Origin: an uncultured Chloroflexia bacterium
GTDB taxonomy: Bacteria; Chloroflexota; Limnocylindria; Limnocylindrales; CSP1-4
Direction: 5' to 3'
Assembly: GCA_963748235.1 (NCBI GenBank)
Contig: CAVVHT010000009.1
Span: forward strand, 1,094,756-1,158,755
DNA: 64,000 nucleotides
Shown here: positions 37,068 through 45,120 of the stretch, one piece after another
How positions within the stretch are numbered: the stretch's first letter is position 1
Layout: every line of letters begins with the position of its first letter
Position numbers and translations under genes: made by a program
The notes under the pieces: generated by a model
Told to the model about the DNA's origin: nothing
Seen by the model: the letters and a program-made list of their open reading frames with translations, nothing else
Databases searched by the model: none

Positions 37068-38259
37068 TGCCCGACCCTCCACCTCCGCTCCGGACCGGTT
37101 CGGCGAAACGGACCTTCAGAACGCGGTCTTCCATCTTCGCACCCAGCGTTGGCGCATCGAGCAGAAGCCGCGGCAGAACGAGATTACGGCGCCACGCGCC
37201 GACTTGCAGGATCAGCTCGTCGCCGGAGCGCGATAACGCGACTTCCTCGCGCGAGGCGAAGGGCAACTCGACCGAGAGCGTGAAGCCGCCGTCGTCCCGG
37301 GTGACCGAGTACGGCCGGCCCCGGTACTGGAACTCGTGCGGGTCCATGTCGCCAAAGAGGGCATGGCCAAGCTCTGCCAGGCGCTCGATTCCGACCATCT
37401 CCTTGTCGAAGAATGGAATCGTCCTGACCGGCACCGGCGCGAACTGCTCAACGACCAGCGGCAGGTAGCGCGCCTGGGCCTCGCGCCATGCATCGAAGTA
37501 GGCACCGGAGGCGGCCGGCAAGACGCGGTTGGCGACAATCAGGTCTGTCGGAAATCCGTACAGGTGGAAGTAGGTAAATGAGCGCTGCGCCTCCTGGATC
37601 GAGACACGCTCGAGGTTGAGCACGAGGCGTACCGACGATCGATCCGGATCGGACAGCAGGTCGTGGACGTACTTGAGGCGGCCAAGCAGCTCCTCGGCCA
37701 ATTCGTAGACCTCGTCGCTGGGCAGTGGCACGCCGACGACGCGGCGCAGCAGCGGGCCGCCGAGGCGTTGCACGCGGCGGCCGATCGGGGCGATCTTCTC
37801 GATCCACCAGCGGCTGGCCTCGGGCAGGCTGAGCAACCGGACAGTCTCACCAGTCGGCGCGGCATCGACCACTATCAAGTCGTACCGCTGCTGGTCGACG
37901 TGGTCGCCGATCCAGAGCAGGTTGCCGAGCTCGTCCATACCCGGCAGCACCGTCATCTCCTCGGCCATGACCTCGTCCAGGCCACCCCACGCGAAGAGGC
38001 TCGAGAAGTACGACTGGATCGTGCGCCAATAGCGCGACAGGTTGAAGAACACGTCCGGTTCGTGTGCCCATAGGTTGTCGGCGATCTGACGCGGCTCGGG
38101 CCCCACCGGCGTGTCGAGCGCATCGGCCAGGCTGTGCGCGATGTCGGTCGAAACGACGAGAGTGCGCAGCCCACGCTGTGCGGTCAGCACGGCCGTGGCC
38201 GCGGCGACGCTCGTCTTGCCCACGCCACCTTTGCCGGTATAGAGCAGGATTCGGGTCAC
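37060..38259 (-). CDS. ArsA/Get3-clade P-loop ATPase with C-terminal HSP20 (alpha-crystallin)-like domain
   Basis: Deviant Walker A GKGGVGKT, ArsA signature DAAPTGETVRLLSLPE, and C-terminal YSVTRDDGGFTLSVELPF...DRVLKVRF. The GTG start overlaps the upstream stop (GTGA). Confidence 0.85.
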   Translation of the reverse strand: MTRILLYTGKGGVGKTSVAAATAVLTAQRGLRTLVVSTDIAHSLADALDTPVGPEPRQIADNLWAHEPDVFFNLSRYWRTIQSYFSSLFAWGGLDEVMAEEMTVLPGMDELGNLLWIGDHVDQQRYDLIVVDAAPTGETVRLLSLPEASRWWIEKIAPIGRRVQRLGGPLLRRVVGVPLPSDEVYELAEELLGRLKYVHDLLSDPDRSSVRLVLNLERVSIQEAQRSFTYFHLYGFPTDLIVANRVLPAASGAYFDAWREAQARYLPLVVEQFAPVPVRTIPFFDKEMVGIERLAELGHALFGDMDPHEFQYRGRPYSVTRDDGGFTLSVELPFASREEVALSRSGDELILQVGAWRRNLVLPRLLLDAPTLGAKMEDRVLKVRFAEPVRSGGGGSGNG

Positions 38260-38966
38260 GCGTCCTCCATGCCGGCCGGGTCACGCCCGGCCAATGCGCC
38301 GGTCGCTACCTCGATCTCGATCAACACCGCGCCGGTCACGTTGATCAGGGTCGTCGATCCCCAGTCGACACGCCAATCATGCCGCGCGGCCAGTGAAGTG
38401 TGGCCGTGCAGCCAGAGCACCGGATTGATGCGCCGGCACAGCCAGTGGTATGCGGAGAATCCGCGGTGATAGTGGTCCTCGGGCGTATCGCCCAGGCCGC
38501 GTGGCGGAACGTGGCTGAGAAGGATAGTCGGCGCCCGGCGCAGCCGGGTGCGGGCAAATAGGCCGAACGCCTGTTGCCACGCGGCCGACCCATCGCGACG
38601 CGCCTCACCGCGCAGGTCGCCCGGCCACGACATGCCCGCTATGGGAATCCCACCGATCAGCTCGACACGGCCGTCGATGCGGCGCGGCAGGTTGACCTTG
38701 AGCGCCTCCCAATTCGAGCCACGGTCGTGGTTGCCGCGCACGTAGAGCAGCGGAACATGAAACGCGTCGGCGAGGAAGCCGAGGTAGTCGGGCTCCAGAT
38801 CTCCGCACCCGAGGATCGCGTCGAGCGGCTCGAGCGCGGTCCGGTTCGACTCGAAGTCGAACGCCGGCTCGACCATGTCCGAGACGCCGAGCAGGCGCAA
38901 CGGACGGCCGCGGCTGGCGAGCGACGGCACGGGCTTGGGCCAGGTCAGCTTGACCCTGCGGATCAC
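38256..38966 (-). CDS. Calcineurin-like metallophosphoesterase (first DxH motif degenerate)
   Basis: GTG 38966 overlaps the upstream stop (GTGA). GVSDMVE (no His), GCGDLEPDY, VRGNHD, SHVPP and LHGHTS. The upstream part of the track ORF is Arg-rich shadow. Confidence 0.8.
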   Translation of the reverse strand: MIRRVKLTWPKPVPSLASRGRPLRLLGVSDMVEPAFDFESNRTALEPLDAILGCGDLEPDYLGFLADAFHVPLLYVRGNHDRGSNWEALKVNLPRRIDGRVELIGGIPIAGMSWPGDLRGEARRDGSAAWQQAFGLFARTRLRRAPTILLSHVPPRGLGDTPEDHYHRGFSAYHWLCRRINPVLWLHGHTSLAARHDWRVDWGSTTLINVTGAVLIEIEVATGALAGRDPAGMEDA

Positions 38967-39724
38967 TCGCGCTGCTCTTCGTCGTCGACGGTCGGATGGG
39001 ACGGCAAGAGCTCGGACGGCCGCGTGGTCGTGCGCGTCAGGCGTCCGGCCCCGGCGTCGCGCAGGTCGAGGCTGCCTTCGAGCACGCCGGCGATCGGTTG
39101 TGCGCGCTGGATGGGCATTCCCGGCAGGCGCAGCTCCTCGACCACAGCGTCGGCCTCGCCCTGCCCGGTGTATAACCCCGCCGCAACTCGGTTGTGGCCA
39201 TCGACGACCCAATAGTCGTCGCCGAACTTGATCAAGTCGATCGGCGGCAGCGGCAGGAGCTCGTCGTTGGCGCGCAGGATGCGCTGCCAGCGCGATCGCC
39301 AGTCGTCAGAGCGACGATCACGCAGGGGAAGAAAGTCGCCGCCGCGTTGACCCGGTCCCTCGACGGCCGTGCCGCGAATCTGGTCGAGCGGCACGATCTG
39401 CAGGCCGAGCTCGCGGATCGAGGCACGGTGCGCGTCAGGGTGAACGTCCCACAGGTTGGCGAGTGGCTGCTTGGCCATCTTGCGCACGCGTCTGACGCGT
39501 GCGCCGCTGCGCTCCGCGATTGCCCTTCCGGCGCTGCTGGCGGCGCTGCCCACCGGCCGCAGCGCGGCAGAGATGACGCTGCCTCCCGCATCGGCAATCG
39601 AGGAAGCAAAGCCTGCGATCGCCGAGCGCGATTCAGGATCGCCCGAGTGCTCGTCCTGTTGCTCTTCCGGCCGCCCCTCTTCGACGTCGTTTGCGTCATC
39701 CGTCGGGATGCGTTCATCAGTCAC
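38963..39724 (-). CDS. ParB/sulfiredoxin-fold domain protein with acidic disordered N-terminus
   Basis: IVPLDQIRGT...LPLPPIDLIKFGDDYWVVDGHNRVAAGLYTG (ParB-like nuclease/Srx DGHxR motif). The N-terminal ~80 aa are acidic and Ser/Ala-rich. GTG start without an obvious RBS, so the start is uncertain. Confidence 0.7.
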   Translation of the reverse strand: MTDERIPTDDANDVEEGRPEEQQDEHSGDPESRSAIAGFASSIADAGGSVISAALRPVGSAASSAGRAIAERSGARVRRVRKMAKQPLANLWDVHPDAHRASIRELGLQIVPLDQIRGTAVEGPGQRGGDFLPLRDRRSDDWRSRWQRILRANDELLPLPPIDLIKFGDDYWVVDGHNRVAAGLYTGQGEADAVVEELRLPGMPIQRAQPIAGVLEGSLDLRDAGAGRLTRTTTRPSELLPSHPTVDDEEQRE

Positions 39725-39817
39725 GGATTGAGGCTAACGGCGTGACACGAGAGCTGTCACACGACGGCCCGAATCTGGGCGCCAATGATCGATCACGCGC
39801 TGAAAAGGAGGTGAGCT

Positions 39818-39961
39818 GTGAATGATGTGACGTGCCCGTGGTGCGAGGCAGACCTCGTGCTCGAGGCGACCGGGGAGCAGGACGGTCAAACCTGCCCTGA
39901 GTGCCTCACTGCGTGGAGCTATGTCGACGAACGGGGCTTCGAGCTCGCTGCAGCTGCCTAG
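39818..39961 (+). CDS. 47-aa zinc-ribbon protein (below the ORF-track length cutoff)
   Basis: AAGGAGGTGA lies 6 nt upstream of GTG 39818. Translation: VNDVTCPWCEADLVLEATGEQDGQTCPECLTAWSYVDERGFELAAAA (CxxC-x18-CxxC). It ends 2 nt before the convergent add stop. Confidence 0.6.
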   Translation: MNDVTCPWCEADLVLEATGEQDGQTCPECLTAWSYVDERGFELAAAA

Positions 39962-39963
39962 GG

Positions 39964-41118
39964 TCAGTACCTTGGGCCGGCTTCCCCCCAGGCATTCTCG
40001 GCGATGAGCCGGGCGTAACCCGGCTTGATCAGGCCGTTGATCAGGCGAAGCCTCTCGTCGAAGGGGGCAAATGCGCTCTTCATCGCATTGAGCGTCAGCC
40101 ATTCCATCTCATCGAGGCCGAAACCGAAGACTCGCGACAGGGTGGACATCTCGTCGCTCAATGTCACGCCGCTCATCAGCCGGTTGTCGGTGTTGACCGT
40201 CACTCGGAACCGCAACCGACGGAGCAGGTCGATCGGATGCTCCTCGATGGAGGCCACGGCTCCGGTGTGCACGTTCGATGTCGGGCACATCTCGAGCGGA
40301 ACGCGCTGGTCGCGCACGTAGTTCGCCAGCCTGCCCATCGAAATCTCTCCGTCCGGCCCAACCGTGATGTCGTCGACGATCCGCACGCCATGGCCAAGGC
40401 GATGGGCCCCGCACCACTGCAGCGCCTCCCCGATCGATGGCAGCCCGAACGCCTCGCCTGCGTGGATGGTCAAGTGGAAGTTCGCGTGATGAATGAGATT
40501 GAAGGCGTCGAGGTAGCGCGTCGGCGGAAACCCGGCCTCCGGACCGGCCACGTCAAAGCCGACGGTGCCGGCGTCGCGAAAGCGGATGGACAGCTCGGCT
40601 ATCTCGACTGATCGCGCAAACTGCCGCATCGCGGTGACGATCAGGCCCATCTTGATGCCGTAAGCGGAGCTGCCCTGGCTGAAGCCCTCGAGGATCGCCT
40701 CGACGACCTGGTCCAGGCTGAGGCCGCCGTGGGTGCTCAGCTCTGGCGCATAGCGGACCTCGGCATAGACGACGCCATCGGCAGCAAGGTCCTCGGCGCA
40801 CTCGAGCGCCACGCGCGTCAGCGCCTCGCGCGTCTGAAGCACGCCGACTGTGTGCTCGAAACCCTCGAGGTACAGCTCGAGGCTCTTGCGGTCGGCGCCG
40901 GCGGTGAATGCCCGTGCCAACTCACCCGGATCGGTGGTCGGCAGCCCGGCATAGCCGCCGTCGCGGGCAAGCTCGATTACGGTCTGCGGCCGCAGCCCAC
41001 CGTCGAGGTGGTCGTGAAGCAGGACCTTGGGCGCCTGGCGAATGACGTCACGCTCGATCACCGCCCACAGGATAAGCGGCGAGTAATTGTGCGCTGCCAC
41101 AATGCACGGACTAGCCAC
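39964..41118 (-). CDS. add: Adenosine deaminase (start uncertain; in-frame GTGs downstream of 41118)
   Basis: [23 protein letters not shown] (IHAGEAFG) and [11 protein letters not shown] (TVNTDN) are typical Add metal and catalytic motifs. Confidence 0.9.
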   Translation of the reverse strand: MASPCIVAAHNYSPLILWAVIERDVIRQAPKVLLHDHLDGGLRPQTVIELARDGGYAGLPTTDPGELARAFTAGADRKSLELYLEGFEHTVGVLQTREALTRVALECAEDLAADGVVYAEVRYAPELSTHGGLSLDQVVEAILEGFSQGSSAYGIKMGLIVTAMRQFARSVEIAELSIRFRDAGTVGFDVAGPEAGFPPTRYLDAFNLIHHANFHLTIHAGEAFGLPSIGEALQWCGAHRLGHGVRIVDDITVGPDGEISMGRLANYVRDQRVPLEMCPTSNVHTGAVASIEEHPIDLLRRLRFRVTVNTDNRLMSGVTLSDEMSTLSRVFGFGLDEMEWLTLNAMKSAFAPFDERLRLINGLIKPGYARLIAENAWGEAGPRY

Positions 41119-41366
41119 CGCACGGCATACTGTGCGAGTCGTTACAACGACATGTAGGACAACCGCATAGCCGCCAGGGCAGATAGCCGGTCCCCCAGGG
41201 CCGGTACCCCCATCGGACCGCCCCAGCGGTCCCCGCCCCGCGCTTGCCCAACCTGGTCACGACCGTGCCGTCGTGGCCAGGATCGATCGGGAATCTGCTC
41301 GCACCGGCCCAATCCATCGTCACCGCTGCCGTGCTGCGGTGCTCGGGTAGAGGGGAGGCAGGAATT

Positions 41367-43217
41367 TTGCCAGTCACCACAGGCGTTCAGAGGACGCCAC
41401 GTCGCAGGTTCGCTGTCGTGCTGTTCGCTGTCGCGTTCGGCACGGCGCTTTTGCTCCCATTCGCGGGTGGCGTCGGCGCCGACTCGCCGTCCGGGCTCAA
41501 GGCGGTCATCATCGTCGGGCCAACGAACGGCCTTACGAGCAGCAACCTCACCGACGCCGCGAAGCTGGCCGATCGGGCCGAAGCGGCCGGTATGGACGTG
41601 CGACGCGTGTTCTTTCCTCACGCCACGTGGGACAACGTGCTGGCAAACATCCAGGGCGCAAATCTCGTCGTGTACCTGGGTCATGGCTATGGCTGGCCCA
41701 GCCCCTATACGCAACAGCTGACCGAGAGCCGCCAGAACGGCATGGGCCTCAACTCTTTCGACGGCAGCGGCGCCGATCAGTACACGTACTACGGCGCGAA
41801 CAGGCTGCGCGAGAGCGTCGTCCTCGCGCCGAACGCGATCGTCTACCTGAACCACCTGTGCTACGCCGCGGGCAACGGCGAGTCGGGCATGGCCATCCCG
41901 AGCGAGGACATCGCCCGTCAGCGCGTGGACAACATGGCCAACGGCTGGCTGGCCACCGGCGCGCGTGCCGTCTTCGCTTACAGCTGGAACCAGCAGCTCA
42001 ACTATCCGCAGGCGCTGATGACGTCCAATTCGACTGTCGACCAGCTGTTCATGACGCCAGCGACTGGAGCGGCGAGCGGCTCGCCCAAGGGCTTCGTAGG
42101 CTGGCACCACAATCGATTCGCGTCGGAACGCACTCCCGGCGCGGTCAATCACCTCGACCCACACCCCGGCGAGGGCTACTACCGCGCCGTCACCGGCGAC
42201 CTGAGCATGACCATGGCCGAATGGCGCTCAGGGGCCGGCTCGGGCGATGATCCGCCTCCGCCCCCTCCTGACGAGGGTGAGGCACCGCAGATCACGGAGC
42301 TGAGGGCCGGAGTCAGCGGCCAGTTTGTCACCAGCGGCGACCCGGCGAGCTTCCATCCAAATGGCGACGGCATCGACGAGGAGCTGTCGCTGCGTCACAC
42401 GGTCACTCGCGCCGCATACCTGGACGCGAAGGTGACCAACGCCGAGGGTCAAACAGTCAGGAGCTACAGCGTCTGGTCGGCGAGCGGTTCGGGTGGCTCG
42501 CGCTGGAACGGCAAGGACCGAGACGGACGCTACGTGCCTGACGGCCTTTACACCTTGACCTATGTGCCGCGCGACTCGTCAGGCGTGACCGGCGAGGGCG
42601 TGTCGACGCAGGCGCTGGTGCTGACCGCGATCAAGCTCGGCCAGCCGTCCAAGCCGGCGATCTTCAGCCGCGACGCCGACACGTTGGCAAAGTCGGTCCA
42701 GCTCGCGGTAACCCTCAACAAGACCGCAAATGTAGGCTGGCGAGTGCTCGACGCCGATGGAGCAGTCGTGCGGACGGTCCGCTCCGAGAGCAGCGCACCA
42801 TCGGGCAAGCTGACATTCACTTGGGACGGCCGCGCCGACGGCGGGGCATGGGTGCCCGATGGCTGGTACCGCAGCGTCGTCACGGCTACGACCGCGCTCG
42901 GCTCGTACGCCCAGGAGCGCTCGGTCTACGTGGGTGCGTTCCGGGTCACGCCGTCAATCTCATCGCCGGCACGCGGATCCAGGTTGACACTGACGATCAT
43001 CAGCAGCGAAGGGTTGGCGGGCTTGCCGACCGTCCGGTTCAGTCAGCCTGGCGTCGAGCCGTGGTCGGCCACGGCCACGCGCGTCGATGGCAAGAGGTAC
43101 AAGCTGACAGTGACGCTGCCAAGCGGCGGTGATGCCGGCACGCTGGCCGTGCTGATCATCGGTACGGACAAGGAAGGCGGTCGAAATACAGGGACAGCCA
43201 GCCTGCCCCTGCGTTGA
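41367..43217 (+). CDS. Secreted multidomain protein: N-terminal putative clan-CD (gingipain/caspase-like) domain plus FlgD-Ig-like repeats
   Basis: TTG 41367 (GGGGAGG upstream) followed by a signal peptide. LVVYLGHGYGW and IVYLNHLCYAAGNG form a His...Cys dyad after hydrophobic strands. At least two FlgD_ig-like modules (...RWNGKDRDGRYVPDGLYTLTYV; ...FTWDGRADGGAWVPDGWYRSVV). Confidence 0.6.
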   Translation: MPVTTGVQRTPRRRFAVVLFAVAFGTALLLPFAGGVGADSPSGLKAVIIVGPTNGLTSSNLTDAAKLADRAEAAGMDVRRVFFPHATWDNVLANIQGANLVVYLGHGYGWPSPYTQQLTESRQNGMGLNSFDGSGADQYTYYGANRLRESVVLAPNAIVYLNHLCYAAGNGESGMAIPSEDIARQRVDNMANGWLATGARAVFAYSWNQQLNYPQALMTSNSTVDQLFMTPATGAASGSPKGFVGWHHNRFASERTPGAVNHLDPHPGEGYYRAVTGDLSMTMAEWRSGAGSGDDPPPPPPDEGEAPQITELRAGVSGQFVTSGDPASFHPNGDGIDEELSLRHTVTRAAYLDAKVTNAEGQTVRSYSVWSASGSGGSRWNGKDRDGRYVPDGLYTLTYVPRDSSGVTGEGVSTQALVLTAIKLGQPSKPAIFSRDADTLAKSVQLAVTLNKTANVGWRVLDADGAVVRTVRSESSAPSGKLTFTWDGRADGGAWVPDGWYRSVVTATTALGSYAQERSVYVGAFRVTPSISSPARGSRLTLTIISSEGLAGLPTVRFSQPGVEPWSATATRVDGKRYKLTVTLPSGGDAGTLAVLIIGTDKEGGRNTGTASLPLR

Positions 43218-43238
43218 CCTGGCGCTGGTCGCGCACCG

Positions 43239-43751
43239 TCAGGAGCCGTCGGTCAGGCGATCCACAAATCGCGCGACCCGGTCGAGGGCGTCGTCCAGCA
43301 CGGGCTTGAGTCCATGGCGAACCTTCGGATATGTCACCAGCTCCGCGTGCTTCAGGGTCGAGATCGCTTGGCGCAACAGGTCGATCCGGGCAAATGGGTC
43401 GGCCTCGCCCGACAGGAGCAGGACGGGGCAGTCGATCCTGGGCCAGTGATCCACCCGTGATTCCCACGCGGGCTTGCCGGGCGGGTGCAACGGATAGCTG
43501 AGCAGGACGAGGCCGCGCGGCCGCTCCTCGGCCGCGAGAAGGCTCGCAACCCGGCCGCCGAACGAATGGCCGCCGATTACCGCCACGGCCAGATCGTCGA
43601 CCTGTTCGCGATAGGCGGCGACGGCACGCTCCGCTCGGCCGACCGGGAGTCCGACTGTTTGGGCGGCAATGTCGCGCTGGCGCAGGCCCTCGACCTGCGG
43701 AAGCATGCTGTCGGCGTTGCCGGAGGCGCCGTGGGCGAGGTAGACGGTCAT
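43239..43751 (-). CDS. Small alpha/beta hydrolase (dienelactone-hydrolase/KANL3-like)
   Basis: ATG 43751 gives MTVYLAHGASGNADS...IGGHSFGGRVAS (GxSxG)...LLLSGEADPF...RHGL. The upstream part of the track ORF is shadow. Confidence 0.75.
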   Translation of the reverse strand: MTVYLAHGASGNADSMLPQVEGLRQRDIAAQTVGLPVGRAERAVAAYREQVDDLAVAVIGGHSFGGRVASLLAAEERPRGLVLLSYPLHPPGKPAWESRVDHWPRIDCPVLLLSGEADPFARIDLLRQAISTLKHAELVTYPKVRHGLKPVLDDALDRVARFVDRLTDGS

Positions 43752-43839
43752 GGCCGGCGAGTCTACCGAGTTTGCTTCACTGGATTTCTGCGCCTCAGCT
43801 GGGCGTGACACACAAGCTGGCACGACCGAGGTACAGATT

Positions 43840-45120
43840 GTGCTCATGGAAACCGCCCAGATAGTTGCTCTACGGGTCGCCCAGCCGCGCCGGACCAGTG
43901 TTCGTGTCGAAGACGACATGGTGCTGTTCGACGGCCTGCGGCTGACCGATCGGTCACTGGCCACGTTCGTAGAGCAGCGGCCGCCGGACGATCGACCCGA
44001 GCTGGCCGAGCGGGCGATGCGCATTGGGCTCCACGCACTCCAGGACGCTGGGACCTCACTCGACGTGGACTTCGTGCGGCGCGAGTTCGACGCGTTGCTC
44101 CAGCGCAGCGTGAGTGTCAACGAGCGTGCCGCAACAGAGCTGGATCAGGTCCTGCGCGCCAACTTCGCGGACACGGAGGGACGGCTGCCGCGGACGCTCG
44201 AGAAGTTTCTGGGCGACCGCGGTCAGCTGAACCGTTTCGTTTCGGAGCTGTTCGATGAAGGCAAGCGCGACAGCGCCATCGGCCGCCTGCGGACGCTGCT
44301 CGGCAGCTACTTCGACGGAGACGCTTCACGCCTGGCGCAGCTGCTCGATCCGACTCGTCTCGGCTCGCCGATGTACCAGTTCCGGAGCGAGGTAGGCCAG
44401 GCATTTGAGAAGCTCAATGAGCGGCTGACGGCGATCGAGGCGGCATCCGCGGCGCGTGGCGCCGAACGCTCCAAGTCGTCTGCCAAGGGCAACGACTTCG
44501 AGGAGCTCCTGGAAGAGATGCTCGGCGTGGCGGTGCGCGGCTCGGGCGATGTCGTCGAACGCACGGCTGCCGCGGTTGGCGATGTAATCCGTTCGCGCAA
44601 GGGCGACTTCGTGTTGACCGTCGACCCGCAGCTGTCTAGCGGCATGGACGTGCGTGTCGTGATCGAGGCTAAGGATCGTGCCTGCTCGTGGCGTGAGATC
44701 CGCGAGGAGCTCGACGCCGCACGGCGCAATCGTGCCGCCTCAGTCGCGATGGCCGTCTTCACGCCCGGTCACGCGCCGAGCGGTGTCGCGCCATTCGACA
44801 TGCGATTCGGGCACGTCTTCTGCGTCGTGGACCCGGAGTCACCGGATGAAGCCACGCTCGGCGCGGCGGTGCGCCTGGCACGGCTTCTCGCGGTCGCCAC
44901 TCAAGCCGCCCAGGAGAACGAGATCGACGCCAACCGCGTGCTGCAGACGGTCGTCGCCATCAAGGCCGAGCTTGAGGTTGTGCGCCGGCTGAAGACGCAG
45001 CTGACGTCGATCAGGAACAGCGCGGCAGAGGTCGCGGCAGGACTCGACCGTTTGCGTGATCAGGTCTTGGCCCGCGTCGCCGAAGCCGAAGCACAGCTTC
45101 AGGCGCCGGTCGGCGACTGA
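43840..45120 (+). CDS. Coiled-coil protein with central PD-(D/E)xK nuclease-like core (DUF2130/RmuC-like architecture)
   Basis: GTG 43840 (GAGGT 7-8 nt upstream). KGNDFEELLEEML...KGDFVLTVD...VRVVIEAKDRACSWREIREELDAARRNRAASVAMAVF, flanked by long helical regions. The family assignment is from a remembered pattern only. Confidence 0.6.
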   Translation: MLMETAQIVALRVAQPRRTSVRVEDDMVLFDGLRLTDRSLATFVEQRPPDDRPELAERAMRIGLHALQDAGTSLDVDFVRREFDALLQRSVSVNERAATELDQVLRANFADTEGRLPRTLEKFLGDRGQLNRFVSELFDEGKRDSAIGRLRTLLGSYFDGDASRLAQLLDPTRLGSPMYQFRSEVGQAFEKLNERLTAIEAASAARGAERSKSSAKGNDFEELLEEMLGVAVRGSGDVVERTAAAVGDVIRSRKGDFVLTVDPQLSSGMDVRVVIEAKDRACSWREIREELDAARRNRAASVAMAVFTPGHAPSGVAPFDMRFGHVFCVVDPESPDEATLGAAVRLARLLAVATQAAQENEIDANRVLQTVVAIKAELEVVRRLKTQLTSIRNSAAEVAAGLDRLRDQVLARVAEAEAQLQAPVGD

